Under the pieces are notes generated by a model that worked only from the letters and a program-made list of their open reading frames with translations, ran no database searches and had not been told where the DNA came from. Positions 19,944-29,945 of a stretch of 64,000 bases of DNA are shown one piece after another. Each line of letters starts with the position of its first letter. Within the stretch, counting starts at the first letter, position 1. The DNA is from Calditrichaceae bacterium. GTDB lineage: Bacteria > Calditrichota > Calditrichia > Calditrichales > JBFXGD01. Made by a program: the position numbers and the translations under genes. The stretch is taken from the NCBI GenBank assembly GCA_050173015.1, contig JBFXLE010000023.1:1-64000 (forward strand), written 5' to 3'.

Positions 19944-20369
19944 ATGAAACCGCTTATAAAGGTTGTGGCCGCTCTTATTTTTAATGAATCGGGACAAATT
20001 CTGATCACACAGCGCCAAAAAGATAGTCATCTCGGAGGATTCTGGGAATTTCCCGGAGGACGGGTCGAAAAAGATGAAACTTCTGAGCAAGCTTTGACAA
20101 GAGAGATCAAAGAAGAGATTGATTTGGATATACGTGTGGATGAACTATTCTGGAGCAGCACGTTTGAGTATGATATAAAAATTGTGAAGATACTCTTTTT
20201 CAACAGTACCCTGATTGACCCATTTCAGCAAATTATCCCAATTGAAGTTGATGATTATAAATGGATCTCTTTATCCGAATTGGACAATTTTCAATTTCCG
20301 GAAGCAGATCAGGCCTTGATCCGACAATTGAAATCCGGATTGCTGCAAAATCAACAGAAACGATTATAA
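19944..20369 (+). CDS. mutT: NUDIX hydrolase, MutT-like
   Basis: WEFPGGRVEKDETSEQALTREIKEE Nudix box. Confidence 0.8.
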   Translation: MKPLIKVVAALIFNESGQILITQRQKDSHLGGFWEFPGGRVEKDETSEQALTREIKEEIDLDIRVDELFWSSTFEYDIKIVKILFFNSTLIDPFQQIIPIEVDDYKWISLSELDNFQFPEADQALIRQLKSGLLQNQQKRL

Positions 20370-20456
20370 AAATAGTTTGACCAAAAAATGAAGAAATGAC
20401 GCCGCTTTTCTCAATATCGTTTTCCCTCTTCCGCTGATTTCCAATCTGCCTGTTTC

Positions 20457-21209
20457 TCAGACAGGATTTGGGATATCGACAAATTCCACATCGACACCAA
20501 ATTTTTTATTCAGATGTTCACCAAGAGCGATGATGCCGAATCTCTCTGTCGCGTGATGTCCGGCGGCGACAAAATGAATCCCTTCCTCCTTGACATAATG
20601 TAAAATATGCTCACTGACTTCCCCGGTTATATACAGATCCAATCCCTGCAACACCGCCTGTTTAACTTCTTTTTGCGCTCCGCCGCTGATAATTCCGACC
20701 GACCTGATTACATCCGGACCAAACGGAAAAATGACGGCGTCCGGATTGATTTGTGATTTTATGCTATCAAATACATCCATTGCTTCTGATCCGCTGATTT
20801 CCCCTTTATAACCGATAAAAGTCCCGTTGTAGTCACCAAAAGGTTCCAGGGTTTTCAAATCCAGGATCTTCGCGAGCCGGATATTATTCCCCACTTCCGC
20901 GTGGGCATCAAGCGGCAGATGATACGCAAAAAGATTTATATCATTATTCAGTAACATCTTTACTCTTTTTTTATATCCACCCCTGTAAACCGGTCGCTCA
21001 AAATTCCAGATGATTCCATGATGAACCAGAATAGCATCCGCTTTTTTTTCAATAGCTTTTTCGAATAATTCGACACAGGCGCTCACACCGGTCACGATTT
21101 TTTTTACTTCCCGGCGTCCTTCAACCTGACAACCGTTTGGACCGTAATCTTTGAACTTATCTATTTGTAAATATTCATTCAAATATTCTGTCAATTCATC
21201 CCGACGCAT
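20457..21209 (-). CDS. Nif3-like dinuclear metal centre protein (YbgI family)
   Basis: DYGPNG, VHHG, YHLPLDAH, GHHATE. Confidence 0.92.
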   Translation of the reverse strand: MRRDELTEYLNEYLQIDKFKDYGPNGCQVEGRREVKKIVTGVSACVELFEKAIEKKADAILVHHGIIWNFERPVYRGGYKKRVKMLLNNDINLFAYHLPLDAHAEVGNNIRLAKILDLKTLEPFGDYNGTFIGYKGEISGSEAMDVFDSIKSQINPDAVIFPFGPDVIRSVGIISGGAQKEVKQAVLQGLDLYITGEVSEHILHYVKEEGIHFVAAGHHATERFGIIALGEHLNKKFGVDVEFVDIPNPV

Positions 21210-21246
21210 CCTTTTCTCCCATTAATTTTCCAACGACAGATCACGT

Positions 21247-22272
21247 TTATTTTTTATTTCGATATTCCAGTACCGCCGCTTCGACATCATTGAGCAGTTT
21301 TTCATCATATAATTTACCCACAAGATCCCGTCTTGCTTTTTTGCCGATATCTTCAAAGTTTGACAAAATTGCCGGATCCCCGATTTTTTCCATTTTAATG
21401 CCGTATTTTAACATTTCATCGATAGATTTTTGATTATCCCCGCGGCTCAGACGGACCAACTCCGTAAAATATTTCATTCCTGCTTCACGGACAATCTTCT
21501 GCTGTTCAGGACTCAGTTTTTCGAATATTTTTTTTGAAATGAGAACCGCGCCGTTCGAATTTGCCAGGGGAACATCGAGTACGTATTTAACTTTTGTAAA
21601 CCATTGAAATCCTACGCAGGCCAACGGCGAAATATAGACGCCGTCGATCAGACCGGTCTGCAATGAAGTCATCACGTCGGTAACGGAAAGCGGGATTGCA
21701 TTTACATCAAATGCTTTAAATGTCGCCTCTGCCAACGGATCACCTTCCCACATCCACATCTTCACGCCTTTCAAATCACCGGTGCCATAAACCGGTTTGT
21801 TTGTATAGATATAAACAAAACCAACCTCCGCCCATCCAAGAAGAATGTATCCTTTTTCCTCAAATCCTTTGGCAAACCGGTTAAAAAATTTCTCAGACAC
21901 ATAATCAACTTCTTCATGATTGCGAAACAAAAACGGAGAATCAAGAATACGTACTTCCGGTAAAATTTCACCCAGTCCCACACCGGTAAAACCTGCGCTG
22001 TGAAGCTGATTGATTCTCATTTTCCGGAGTACATCCTTATCGTCACCCTGCACGCCGCCGGGATATATTTTAAATTTTACCTGACCGTTGGTTAATTTTT
22101 CAATCTCGCCGCTAAACTCTTTCATGATATTCATCCAGGTCGAGCCGTCTGGCGCCAGCGTCGCGAATTTTATGGTTGTACTCTGACCGTAAACGGAGGC
22201 AAACGCAAAAAGCAGGGATATCATAATTATCATTTTTTTCATAATCAATTCGATCCTTTTTTTTAATCTCAA
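21247..22272 (-). CDS. TRAP transporter substrate-binding protein DctP/TatP
   Basis: IKFATLAPDGSTW, YPGGVQGD, SLQTGLIDG. Confidence 0.88.
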   Translation of the reverse strand: MRLKKRIELIMKKMIIMISLLFAFASVYGQSTTIKFATLAPDGSTWMNIMKEFSGEIEKLTNGQVKFKIYPGGVQGDDKDVLRKMRINQLHSAGFTGVGLGEILPEVRILDSPFLFRNHEEVDYVSEKFFNRFAKGFEEKGYILLGWAEVGFVYIYTNKPVYGTGDLKGVKMWMWEGDPLAEATFKAFDVNAIPLSVTDVMTSLQTGLIDGVYISPLACVGFQWFTKVKYVLDVPLANSNGAVLISKKIFEKLSPEQQKIVREAGMKYFTELVRLSRGDNQKSIDEMLKYGIKMEKIGDPAILSNFEDIGKKARRDLVGKLYDEKLLNDVEAAVLEYRNKK

Positions 22273-22282
22273 CTACTCACGG

Positions 22283-23164
22283 CTAAAAAATTTGCTGCCG
22301 CCGTGAGTCAAGATTTTCGATTTTCTTTTTCGCGATCTGTGTTAAGAGCTGCATACCCGGATAAATATCAACCGACGCCGAAGTGATTTTGTTCATATAG
22401 GTATCAAAAAGTTCTTCATCCAGTATTTTAGCCGCGTAATATTTTGCCAGATAAAAATAACTCAGCATAAACCGGTCATTTGTAATATCCAGATTTTTTT
22501 GGAAATAGTATCTCGCCTTCTCAGGATCTCCGCCCATCATTTTTGGTTTCATACCATAAACCGATCCTAAGAAGAGATATACGGCGCCGTTAAAATAATC
22601 AGGCTGAAGCTGTTCCACCCGTTCCATGATTATTTGAACATTCGGAAGTTTCAGGAGCGCCGCAGGATCATCAAGAGAAAGATTTATATAGCCTGCCCAC
22701 CCGAAACCATACCAGAATAATGCCGGTGCCATGTCGGCTTTATAAGATTGAAGAAGATTTTCCAGGTCTTCGGGCCCCCTTTTTTCGGCTGACCGGAATT
22801 TTTTGTCCTGCATTAAAATCCGCAGTGCATAATCCCTGCTCCGCTGATAAAATAGTCTTGCTCTTTCAGGCGCATCATCTTCCGCGAATCCCAGCGCGTA
22901 ACCGGCATATCCTTCCGCCGTAAGAAGCAGCAACTCCCTGTTATCAGGATCGCTTTTTAACAAACCCTCCAGTAATTTTAAGTTAGAGGCCAGAGCCTGT
23001 TCAGCCAATTGAAGATCTGTTTCTTCATACAACGCGTTTGCGCTGTTTTTTAAGACCGGAATCATTTGGTTTACCACAAGACGATTCATACTGCACGAAC
23101 TGAGAATCAGCACAGCGACCACCGTCTGAACAAAAAGTTTAAATTTTTTCACATAGGATCTCAT
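22283..23164 (-). CDS. TRAP-associated TPR lipoprotein TatT
   Basis: Lipobox LSSC; LEGLLKSDP and MGGDPEKAR motifs; adjacent to DctP. Confidence 0.8.
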   Translation of the reverse strand: MRSYVKKFKLFVQTVVAVLILSSCSMNRLVVNQMIPVLKNSANALYEETDLQLAEQALASNLKLLEGLLKSDPDNRELLLLTAEGYAGYALGFAEDDAPERARLFYQRSRDYALRILMQDKKFRSAEKRGPEDLENLLQSYKADMAPALFWYGFGWAGYINLSLDDPAALLKLPNVQIIMERVEQLQPDYFNGAVYLFLGSVYGMKPKMMGGDPEKARYYFQKNLDITNDRFMLSYFYLAKYYAAKILDEELFDTYMNKITSASVDIYPGMQLLTQIAKKKIENLDSRRQQIF

Positions 23165-23194
23165 AAATCATCCCTGTCTTTTTCCGGTAAACAG

Positions 23195-23220
23195 AAAAAC
23201 CTGCCTTCGGGCAGGTTTTT
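23195..23220 (-). terminator. Intrinsic (potentially bidirectional) terminator
   Basis: AAAAACCTGCC-TTCG-GGCAGGTTTTT perfect hairpin. Confidence 0.7.
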
Positions 23221-23258
23221 TGGTCAATATTTTAATCATTTTCCCGGATGCGCCGCCG

Positions 23259-24023
23259 TTATTTCTTCGATCTGATTTCCTTTTCATATTTTTCAAGGAA
23301 CGGTCTGAACAAATCAAGCGGTACGGGGAATATCGTCGTTGAATTTTTCTCAGCGGAAATTTCAACCAGTGTCTGCAGAAAACGCAGCTGAAGCGCCGAT
23401 GGATGTTCATCAATCACTTTTGCCGCCTGAGTCAACTGATGAGACGCCTGGTATTCACCTTCGGCAGCTATTACTTTTGCTCGGCGTTCTCGTTCCGCTT
23501 CCGCCTGTTTCGCCATTGCTCTTTTCATCTCTTCGGGAAGATCGATATGTTTAATTTCAACAAGGGATACTTTTATCCCCCAGGGATCTGAATGGGTATC
23601 AATAATTTCCTGTAATCTCAGGTTAATTTTATCCCGTTCCATTAACAGATCATCCAATTCCACCTGACCAACGATGCTTCGTAATGTTGTCTGAGACAGC
23701 TGAGAAGTGGCGAAAAGATAATTTTCAACTTCCACAATACTTTTTTCCGGATTAACCACGCGAAAATAAAGAACGGCATTTACCTGAACGGACACGTTGT
23801 CTTTTGTGATCACGTCCTGTGGAGGAACATCCATTACCACGGTTCTCAGACTTACTTTTACCATTTTATCGATGAATGGGATTAATAAAATAAGCCCCGG
23901 ACCTTTTCCCCCGACAAGGCGTCCCAAACGAAAAATGACAGCGCGCTCATATTCTTTTAATATCCTGATGGCGCTGGCAAGAATAAGAAACAAAAATATG
24001 ATGATACTGGCGGCAAATGGCAT
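23259..24023 (-). CDS. SPFH/stomatin-like (slipin) protein
   Basis: [32 protein letters not shown]. Confidence 0.93.
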   Translation of the reverse strand: MPFAASIIIFLFLILASAIRILKEYERAVIFRLGRLVGGKGPGLILLIPFIDKMVKVSLRTVVMDVPPQDVITKDNVSVQVNAVLYFRVVNPEKSIVEVENYLFATSQLSQTTLRSIVGQVELDDLLMERDKINLRLQEIIDTHSDPWGIKVSLVEIKHIDLPEEMKRAMAKQAEAERERRAKVIAAEGEYQASHQLTQAAKVIDEHPSALQLRFLQTLVEISAEKNSTTIFPVPLDLFRPFLEKYEKEIRSKK

Positions 24024-24032
24024 AATCCCTCC

Positions 24033-25322
24033 CTATAAGACTTTGACTTTTATTTTCAAATCCTTGCCATCGTACTCGATGACTTCTATTTTAGATCCTT
24101 TTTTGATTTTAGTATCACTGACAGCTTTCCAGAATTCACCATGAATCTGAACCGTGCCTTCAGGGTTGAGTTCTGTAAAAGCAAGCCCCTTCTCTCCAAT
24201 CATTCCCTGTGAACCCGTCGTCGGCTTTTTTCGATGAGTCCTTATGGCCAAAGTTATCGCGAAGAAGAAAAACAACACGCTTATCACAGCAACCCCGACA
24301 ATCACTTCCCAGGATACTCTCAGAAATGGTAAGGGTGAATCAAACAACATTACCGATCCCATTACCAGTGAAACCACCCCGCCGATACTCAGCAGGCCAT
24401 AACTCGGAATTTTGATTTCTAAAAGAAACAGAACAATGGAAAAAAAGATTAACAATAATCCCGCGTAATTTACAGGCAACGTTTGAAGCGCGTAAAATCC
24501 CAGAATGAGACAGATTCCCCCAACCACACCCGGCAATATGCTTCCCGGATTATAAAGTTCAAATAATATCCCGTAGAATCCCAGCATCATCAAAAGATAG
24601 GCGATGTTCGGATCGGTAATAGTGTCAAGCAATCGTTGCCGCCAGCTCATTTCATAGGTTATCACGCGGGCATTCCGTGTATTCAGAATTACTGTAGACC
24701 CGTTATCCAGGTCTATCGCTTTTCCATCAACAACGGATAACAGAGAATCCACATCGGGAACGATAAATTCAATCACATTTAGTTTAAGCGCTTCCGTTTC
24801 TGTGATATTTTCGCTTTCACGAATTGCTCTTTCCGCCCAATCCGCGTTTCTCTTCCTCTTCTCGGCAACAGCCCGGATCTTGGCGACCGCGTCATTGGTC
24901 ACTTTCTCGATCATTGTATCCGCTGAATCAGGCTGTGCCCCGCCTCCTCCCACCACCGGGTGAGCCGATCCTATATTGGTTGAAGGCGCCATTGCCGCTA
25001 TGTGAGCCGCGTAAGTAATGAACACCCCGGCAGATCCCGCCCTCGAACCGGAAGGAGAAACATATACGGCTACAGGGACTTCGGATGCCTGAATGGATTT
25101 CACAATTTCATGCATCGCCTTCATCAAACCGCCTGGCGTATCCATTTCAATCACCAGAAGTTCTGCGTTATCCGCTTCCGCGCGGTCGATAGATTTGGCA
25201 ATATATTCTGTGGCAACCGGATTAATTACCCCATTGATAATAATCCGATTTACGATCTGAGAATAAATCGGTGAATGGAACAGAATTCCTAAAAGTATGG
25301 AAAAAATAATTTTTTTCATCAT
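24033..25322 (-). CDS. NfeD-family membrane-bound serine protease
   Basis: DTPGG, SAG, IGSAHP, TM helices, C-terminal OB fold; typical nfeD-SPFH pair. Confidence 0.9.
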   Translation of the reverse strand: MMKKIIFSILLGILFHSPIYSQIVNRIIINGVINPVATEYIAKSIDRAEADNAELLVIEMDTPGGLMKAMHEIVKSIQASEVPVAVYVSPSGSRAGSAGVFITYAAHIAAMAPSTNIGSAHPVVGGGGAQPDSADTMIEKVTNDAVAKIRAVAEKRKRNADWAERAIRESENITETEALKLNVIEFIVPDVDSLLSVVDGKAIDLDNGSTVILNTRNARVITYEMSWRQRLLDTITDPNIAYLLMMLGFYGILFELYNPGSILPGVVGGICLILGFYALQTLPVNYAGLLLIFFSIVLFLLEIKIPSYGLLSIGGVVSLVMGSVMLFDSPLPFLRVSWEVIVGVAVISVLFFFFAITLAIRTHRKKPTTGSQGMIGEKGLAFTELNPEGTVQIHGEFWKAVSDTKIKKGSKIEVIEYDGKDLKIKVKVL

Positions 25323-25540
25323 CCGGACTTCAAAAGTTGCACCTAACTAAAAGAAAAATAGATTAGATGGATTTTAAAGTCAAGCCTTTTAAATTATTAC
25401 AACAACCGTACTATTTCCTAAGCTGACCGACGGTGAAAAAGGAATGATGATTGAATGAGTTTTGTCTAATCAACTTTTGAAACCATAAAGTTTATAAATG
25501 TGAAGAACTTATATTGCCATTCAATTAAATAAAATTGATA

Positions 25541-25747
25541 TCAAAGTGGAATTTTCAGATATATTTTAACCGTGTTTCGATACTTAACAACTTCAATTTT
25601 GTCTTCTCGGGCTAGCCAGCCAATTGCCGCATTCAGCAGGAATGCATCGGCAGAGAGAGCGTTTTTTAGCTGAGAAATGGTCATTTCTCCGTCCCTTCGC
25701 AGAGTCTGCCATACTTTTCCCGACATCTCCCCGATTTTATATTTCAT
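25541..25747 (-). CDS. Small winged-helix protein (DUF2582-like)
   Basis: IGEMSGKVW...AIGWLAREDKI. Confidence 0.8.
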   Translation of the reverse strand: MKYKIGEMSGKVWQTLRRDGEMTISQLKNALSADAFLLNAAIGWLAREDKIEVVKYRNTVKIYLKIPL

Positions 25748-25966
25748 TGATTTTCCCTTTCCGGTATAAGATAAATTTTTGCGATATAAGGTAAGTTTAC
25801 CCAGGAATTAAATCAAGTTTTATTAAGCTAAAGCAAGGTTAAATTGTGCTGATTGTGAATTATTATTATATCTTATTTCGCTTGACTTGGGTAAGGGGTC
25901 TATGTAACTTTTTTCACCAACTCTATGTAAATTAAGGGAAAATTCTACTGATAAGGAGAGCGTGTC

Positions 25967-27568
25967 ATGTATAAGATTCTTGTATCCGACTCCCTTCCGG
26001 CCGATATTCTGGCAAAATATGATAATCAGGAAGGTATTACCGTTGAAAATAAATCCGGGATCTCCATGGAAGATCTCAAAAAAATTATTTCCGGGTATGA
26101 CGGGCTTGTTGTACGCAGCCGAACCAAGGTAACGGCAGACATCCTGGAACACGCCTCCAGACTGAAGGTGATCGGGCGCGCCGGAGCAGGTGTTGACAAT
26201 ATTGATTCCAAAGAAGCCACCAAACGCGGAATTATTGTAATGAACACTCCCGGTGGCAACACCATCGCGGCAACGGAACATTCAATAGCGATGATGTTAT
26301 CGGCCTTGCGCAATATTCCAAAAGCCAACGCTTCCATCCTGGAGGAAAAATGGGACCGCAAATCATTTATAGGACATGAATTGTTTGAGAAAACCATTGG
26401 GATTATCGGACTTGGAAAAATTGGACGTGAGGTCGCGAAACGCCTGTCCGCGTTTGGTGCAAATCTGATCGGATACGACCCGATTCTGACAACGGACATA
26501 GCAGATCGCCTGGGCGTCAAACTGGTTGATCTCGATCAGCTCCTTGAAAAATCCGATATTATATCGGTACATGCCCCAAAAATGCCTGAAACCGTTGATA
26601 TGATCAATGCCAAAAATTTAAAACTCTGCAAAGACGGAGTTGTGATTGTGAACTGCGCCCGTGGTGGGATTGTCAATGAAAAAGATTTGATTGCCGCTTT
26701 GGATTCCGGTAAAGTGGGATGTGCCGCGATTGATGTTTTCAGCAGTGAACCTCCAACGGACTTCACTCTGGCTAAACACCCAAAGTGTCTGGCTACACCG
26801 CATCTCGGCGCCTCCACCGAAGAGGCTCAGGTTAAAGTCGCTGATCAGATTCTACAGCAAATGATCGAATACTTTAACAAGAATGTTGCCAAAAACGCTG
26901 TCAATTACGTCTCGGTTGATGAAGAACTGCAACCGGTCATCGCTCCATTTTATGAACTGGCCACACGCCTTGGCACCTTATTCAATCAGATTAAAGCCGG
27001 CCGTTTGAAGGAAGTTGCCGTCCGCTATTACGGAACAGTACTCAATGTTCCTGTCGAACCCATTACTGCGCATCTTCTGGTAGGCGCCTTGAAGTCTCAG
27101 AAAGACGGTAAAGATGTTGAAATCATTAACGCCGTCAATTCTCTTGCCATAGCCCGTGATAAAGGGATTAGTATCGAAATTGCGAAGAAAGATCTTGCGC
27201 TGACCAGCCATACCAATGTCATCGCTTGCGATTTTGTTACGGAATCAGAGACTATTCATGTGGCGGGGACTTATTTCGCTCAGAATATTTTCCATTTGAT
27301 CGAATATTGCCAGTTTAATATTGATGCCGATCTGAATGGCCAGATGATTATTATCGGCAATGATGACATTCCCGGAATTATAGGAAAAGCCGGAACGATC
27401 CTCGCCGAAAATAACATTAATATCGGCCACCTGTCATCCAGCAGAAAAAATGATAAAAAATTAGCCCTGAATATTTTTAATGTGGAGGGCAATCTTCAGC
27501 CGGAATTAAAATCAAAATTAGAGCAGATCCCCGGTGTAAAACGCGTATTAATCATCAAACTCAATTAA
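25967..27568 (+). CDS. serA: D-3-phosphoglycerate dehydrogenase
   Basis: RAGAGVDNID, GLGKIG, NCARGG, PHLGAST, C-terminal ACT domain. Confidence 0.93.
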   Translation: MYKILVSDSLPADILAKYDNQEGITVENKSGISMEDLKKIISGYDGLVVRSRTKVTADILEHASRLKVIGRAGAGVDNIDSKEATKRGIIVMNTPGGNTIAATEHSIAMMLSALRNIPKANASILEEKWDRKSFIGHELFEKTIGIIGLGKIGREVAKRLSAFGANLIGYDPILTTDIADRLGVKLVDLDQLLEKSDIISVHAPKMPETVDMINAKNLKLCKDGVVIVNCARGGIVNEKDLIAALDSGKVGCAAIDVFSSEPPTDFTLAKHPKCLATPHLGASTEEAQVKVADQILQQMIEYFNKNVAKNAVNYVSVDEELQPVIAPFYELATRLGTLFNQIKAGRLKEVAVRYYGTVLNVPVEPITAHLLVGALKSQKDGKDVEIINAVNSLAIARDKGISIEIAKKDLALTSHTNVIACDFVTESETIHVAGTYFAQNIFHLIEYCQFNIDADLNGQMIIIGNDDIPGIIGKAGTILAENNINIGHLSSSRKNDKKLALNIFNVEGNLQPELKSKLEQIPGVKRVLIIKLN

Positions 27569-27587
27569 ATTGAAAAGTTCAGGACTG

Positions 27588-27615
27588 AAAAGGCGGGATT
27601 TATTTCCCGCCTTTA
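27588..27615 (+). terminator. Intrinsic terminator between convergent genes
   Basis: AAAGGCGGGA-TTTATT-TCCCGCCTTT. Confidence 0.65.
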
Positions 27616-27645
27616 TTGTTTTTGGACTTTTTATGAAGATTCAAA

Positions 27646-28155
27646 TCAATGATAGAGATTTTTATTTTCAGAATCGGATAATCCCTCGCCGGAAAAATAT
27701 CCGGTTTTCATGCCTAAATCGATTCTGCGCCCGACAGCCCCTCGCCAGGTCGATTCAACAATGGTTCCTGATGCGTTTTCAATCCGTTTCTGCATTACAT
27801 CTCTCACAAAATCAATCATAAAAATAGATATCACATCATTGTTTTTGAATTCGACCGCGATTTTTTCCTGTGACGGGTTTTTCAGTCGTGTTTGGATGAT
27901 TATTTCCGCGATTAAACTATTTTCAGCTTTTTCCGGGCTTATGGATGATCGAATCACCAGAAATCCCGGAGGGGCCTGCAATTTTACCGCTGAATTATAA
28001 TCTGACTTTCCTCCTCCGACTGTATTTATAAAAAGGATGACTCCCACTATTAACAATAAAACCACTCCACCCGCATATATGAATCGCATCATCTTCCTTC
28101 CGGTTTGTCCAAAACATAAGAACGAGATTGGATGAATGTTTATTCTCTCATTCAC
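27646..28155 (-). CDS. Hypothetical membrane-anchored protein (true start probably near 28090)
   Basis: Single hydrophobic segment followed by a soluble region. Confidence 0.55.
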   Translation of the reverse strand: MNERINIHPISFLCFGQTGRKMMRFIYAGGVVLLLIVGVILFINTVGGGKSDYNSAVKLQAPPGFLVIRSSISPEKAENSLIAEIIIQTRLKNPSQEKIAVEFKNNDVISIFMIDFVRDVMQKRIENASGTIVESTWRGAVGRRIDLGMKTGYFSGEGLSDSENKNLYH

Positions 28156-28256
28156 CTCTTATCATTTCCTTTTGGAATTATTCTATAATTTTTCCAAATT
28201 TGTTTGTAAATTAAAATTAAAGCATGTCCTATATATTTAAACAGGCAGTCAGATAA

Positions 28257-29192
28257 TTGAAGATCAGAAACATTCGCGATAAAGGCACACTCGGTATTGT
28301 TGCTCCGGCGTTTCCTCCTGATAACATTAAACTGGAATCCGGAATCGGTTATCTCGAAAATCTGGGCTATAAGGTAAAAAGAGGAAAAACGCTCGAAGCC
28401 CGGCACGGTTATTTTGCCGGAAATGACGAGCTCCGCGCCCGGGATTTGAATGATATGTATGGCGATCCCGAGGTTGACGCCATAATTTGCGCCCGCGGAG
28501 GCTGGGGAAGTTTACGAATCCTTGATCTTCTGAACTATGCATTGATCAGAGAGAATCCAAAACTTTTGATCGGATATTCGGATATAACCACGCTGCAGCT
28601 CGCGATCTGGAAAAATTGCCGGGTTCCCTCTTTGTCCGGCCCAATGGCAGCCGTTGAAATGGGTAAAGGAATTCATCCATTTACGGAAAAATATTTTCTG
28701 GATCAGATCAGTGGCAATAAGTCGGTAATAAACATCGATCTGTCCGGTATGAACGCGGAGGTACATGGTCAGGGAGAAGTAAACGGAATTTTGCTTGGCG
28801 GTTGTCTTTCGCTTATCACTTCGCTCTTAGGCACAAAGTATGAGCCGGATTTTAATAAAGTGATACTTTTTCTTGAAGATATCGGTGAACAACCATATAG
28901 AATTGACCGGCATTTAGCCCAGCTCAAACAAGCCGGAGTTTTTGAAAAAATCAGCGGACTTATATTAGGCGATTTTATAGATTGCGAACCTGAAAAAGAT
29001 GATCGGCACTCATTCACCGTCCAAGAAATATTGTCCCAATATTTTAGCAATAAAGCATTTCCGGTAATTTCCGGATTTCCCTATGGACACGGCGAGAAAA
29101 AAATTTCCATGCCCGTTGGAATTTCCGTTACAATCGACACAACATCCCGGTATTTAAAAATCGGAAATTTATTCACCAGGGAATTTGTATAA
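28257..29192 (+). CDS. ldcA: LD-carboxypeptidase (peptidase S66)
   Basis: RGGWG, GYSDIT, LEDIGE, GHG (Ser-Glu-His triad). Confidence 0.88.
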   Translation: MKIRNIRDKGTLGIVAPAFPPDNIKLESGIGYLENLGYKVKRGKTLEARHGYFAGNDELRARDLNDMYGDPEVDAIICARGGWGSLRILDLLNYALIRENPKLLIGYSDITTLQLAIWKNCRVPSLSGPMAAVEMGKGIHPFTEKYFLDQISGNKSVINIDLSGMNAEVHGQGEVNGILLGGCLSLITSLLGTKYEPDFNKVILFLEDIGEQPYRIDRHLAQLKQAGVFEKISGLILGDFIDCEPEKDDRHSFTVQEILSQYFSNKAFPVISGFPYGHGEKKISMPVGISVTIDTTSRYLKIGNLFTREFV

Positions 29193-29317
29193 TATCTTTA
29201 CAATATTCCGATTTTCGACAAAATATTTGCCCTAAATTACTTATCAGACCTTGATTTACGCATTGACAATTTTTTAATATTTTGTTATATTTTATATTTA
29301 CTGATTAAGTTAAATTT

Positions 29318-29944
29318 ATGAAAAAAATTGCAGTTTTTGCGTCCGGACGAGGCAGTAACTTCCTCAAGATTTGCGAAGGGGTAAAATCAAGATTTATTCC
29401 CGCTAAGATCTCCTTGCTTGTCGCCGGTGATTCTGAGATTGGCGCGATAGATATTGCGAAAAAATTTGATATTCCTTTTGAAGTAATCTCCAGAGCCGAG
29501 TACAAAAACCGCGATGAATTTAACAAGAAACTGTTGAATTCACTTATAATATATGATATTGATTTTATTGCCCTTGCAGGCTGGCTTAGTTTAATCAGCC
29601 CGCAAATATTAGCTAAGTTTTCCAACCGGATTGTGAACATACACCCTGCGCTGCTCCCCTTTTTCGGAGGAAAAGGAATGTATGGCCGGCATGTGCACGA
29701 AGCCGTTTGGAAAAGCGGGATGCGAATTTCCGGAGCCTCTGTGCATTTTGTAAATGAAAATTATGACGAGGGCAAAATTATTCTCCAGGAATCGGTGCCG
29801 CTGGGATGGAATGACACTCCGGAACAGATCGCCCAAAAAGTATTAAAAATTGAACACCGGATATACCCAAAGGCATTAAAATTGCTGGTTGAAGGCAAAA
29901 TCAACATAATTAACGGAAAAGTTCGCGTGAACGACGGAGTTTAG
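29318..29944 (+). CDS. purN: Phosphoribosylglycinamide formyltransferase
   Basis: SGRGSN, NIHPALLP, VHFV..YDEG. Confidence 0.95.
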   Translation: MKKIAVFASGRGSNFLKICEGVKSRFIPAKISLLVAGDSEIGAIDIAKKFDIPFEVISRAEYKNRDEFNKKLLNSLIIYDIDFIALAGWLSLISPQILAKFSNRIVNIHPALLPFFGGKGMYGRHVHEAVWKSGMRISGASVHFVNENYDEGKIILQESVPLGWNDTPEQIAQKVLKIEHRIYPKALKLLVEGKINIINGKVRVNDGV

Positions 29945-29945
29945 A

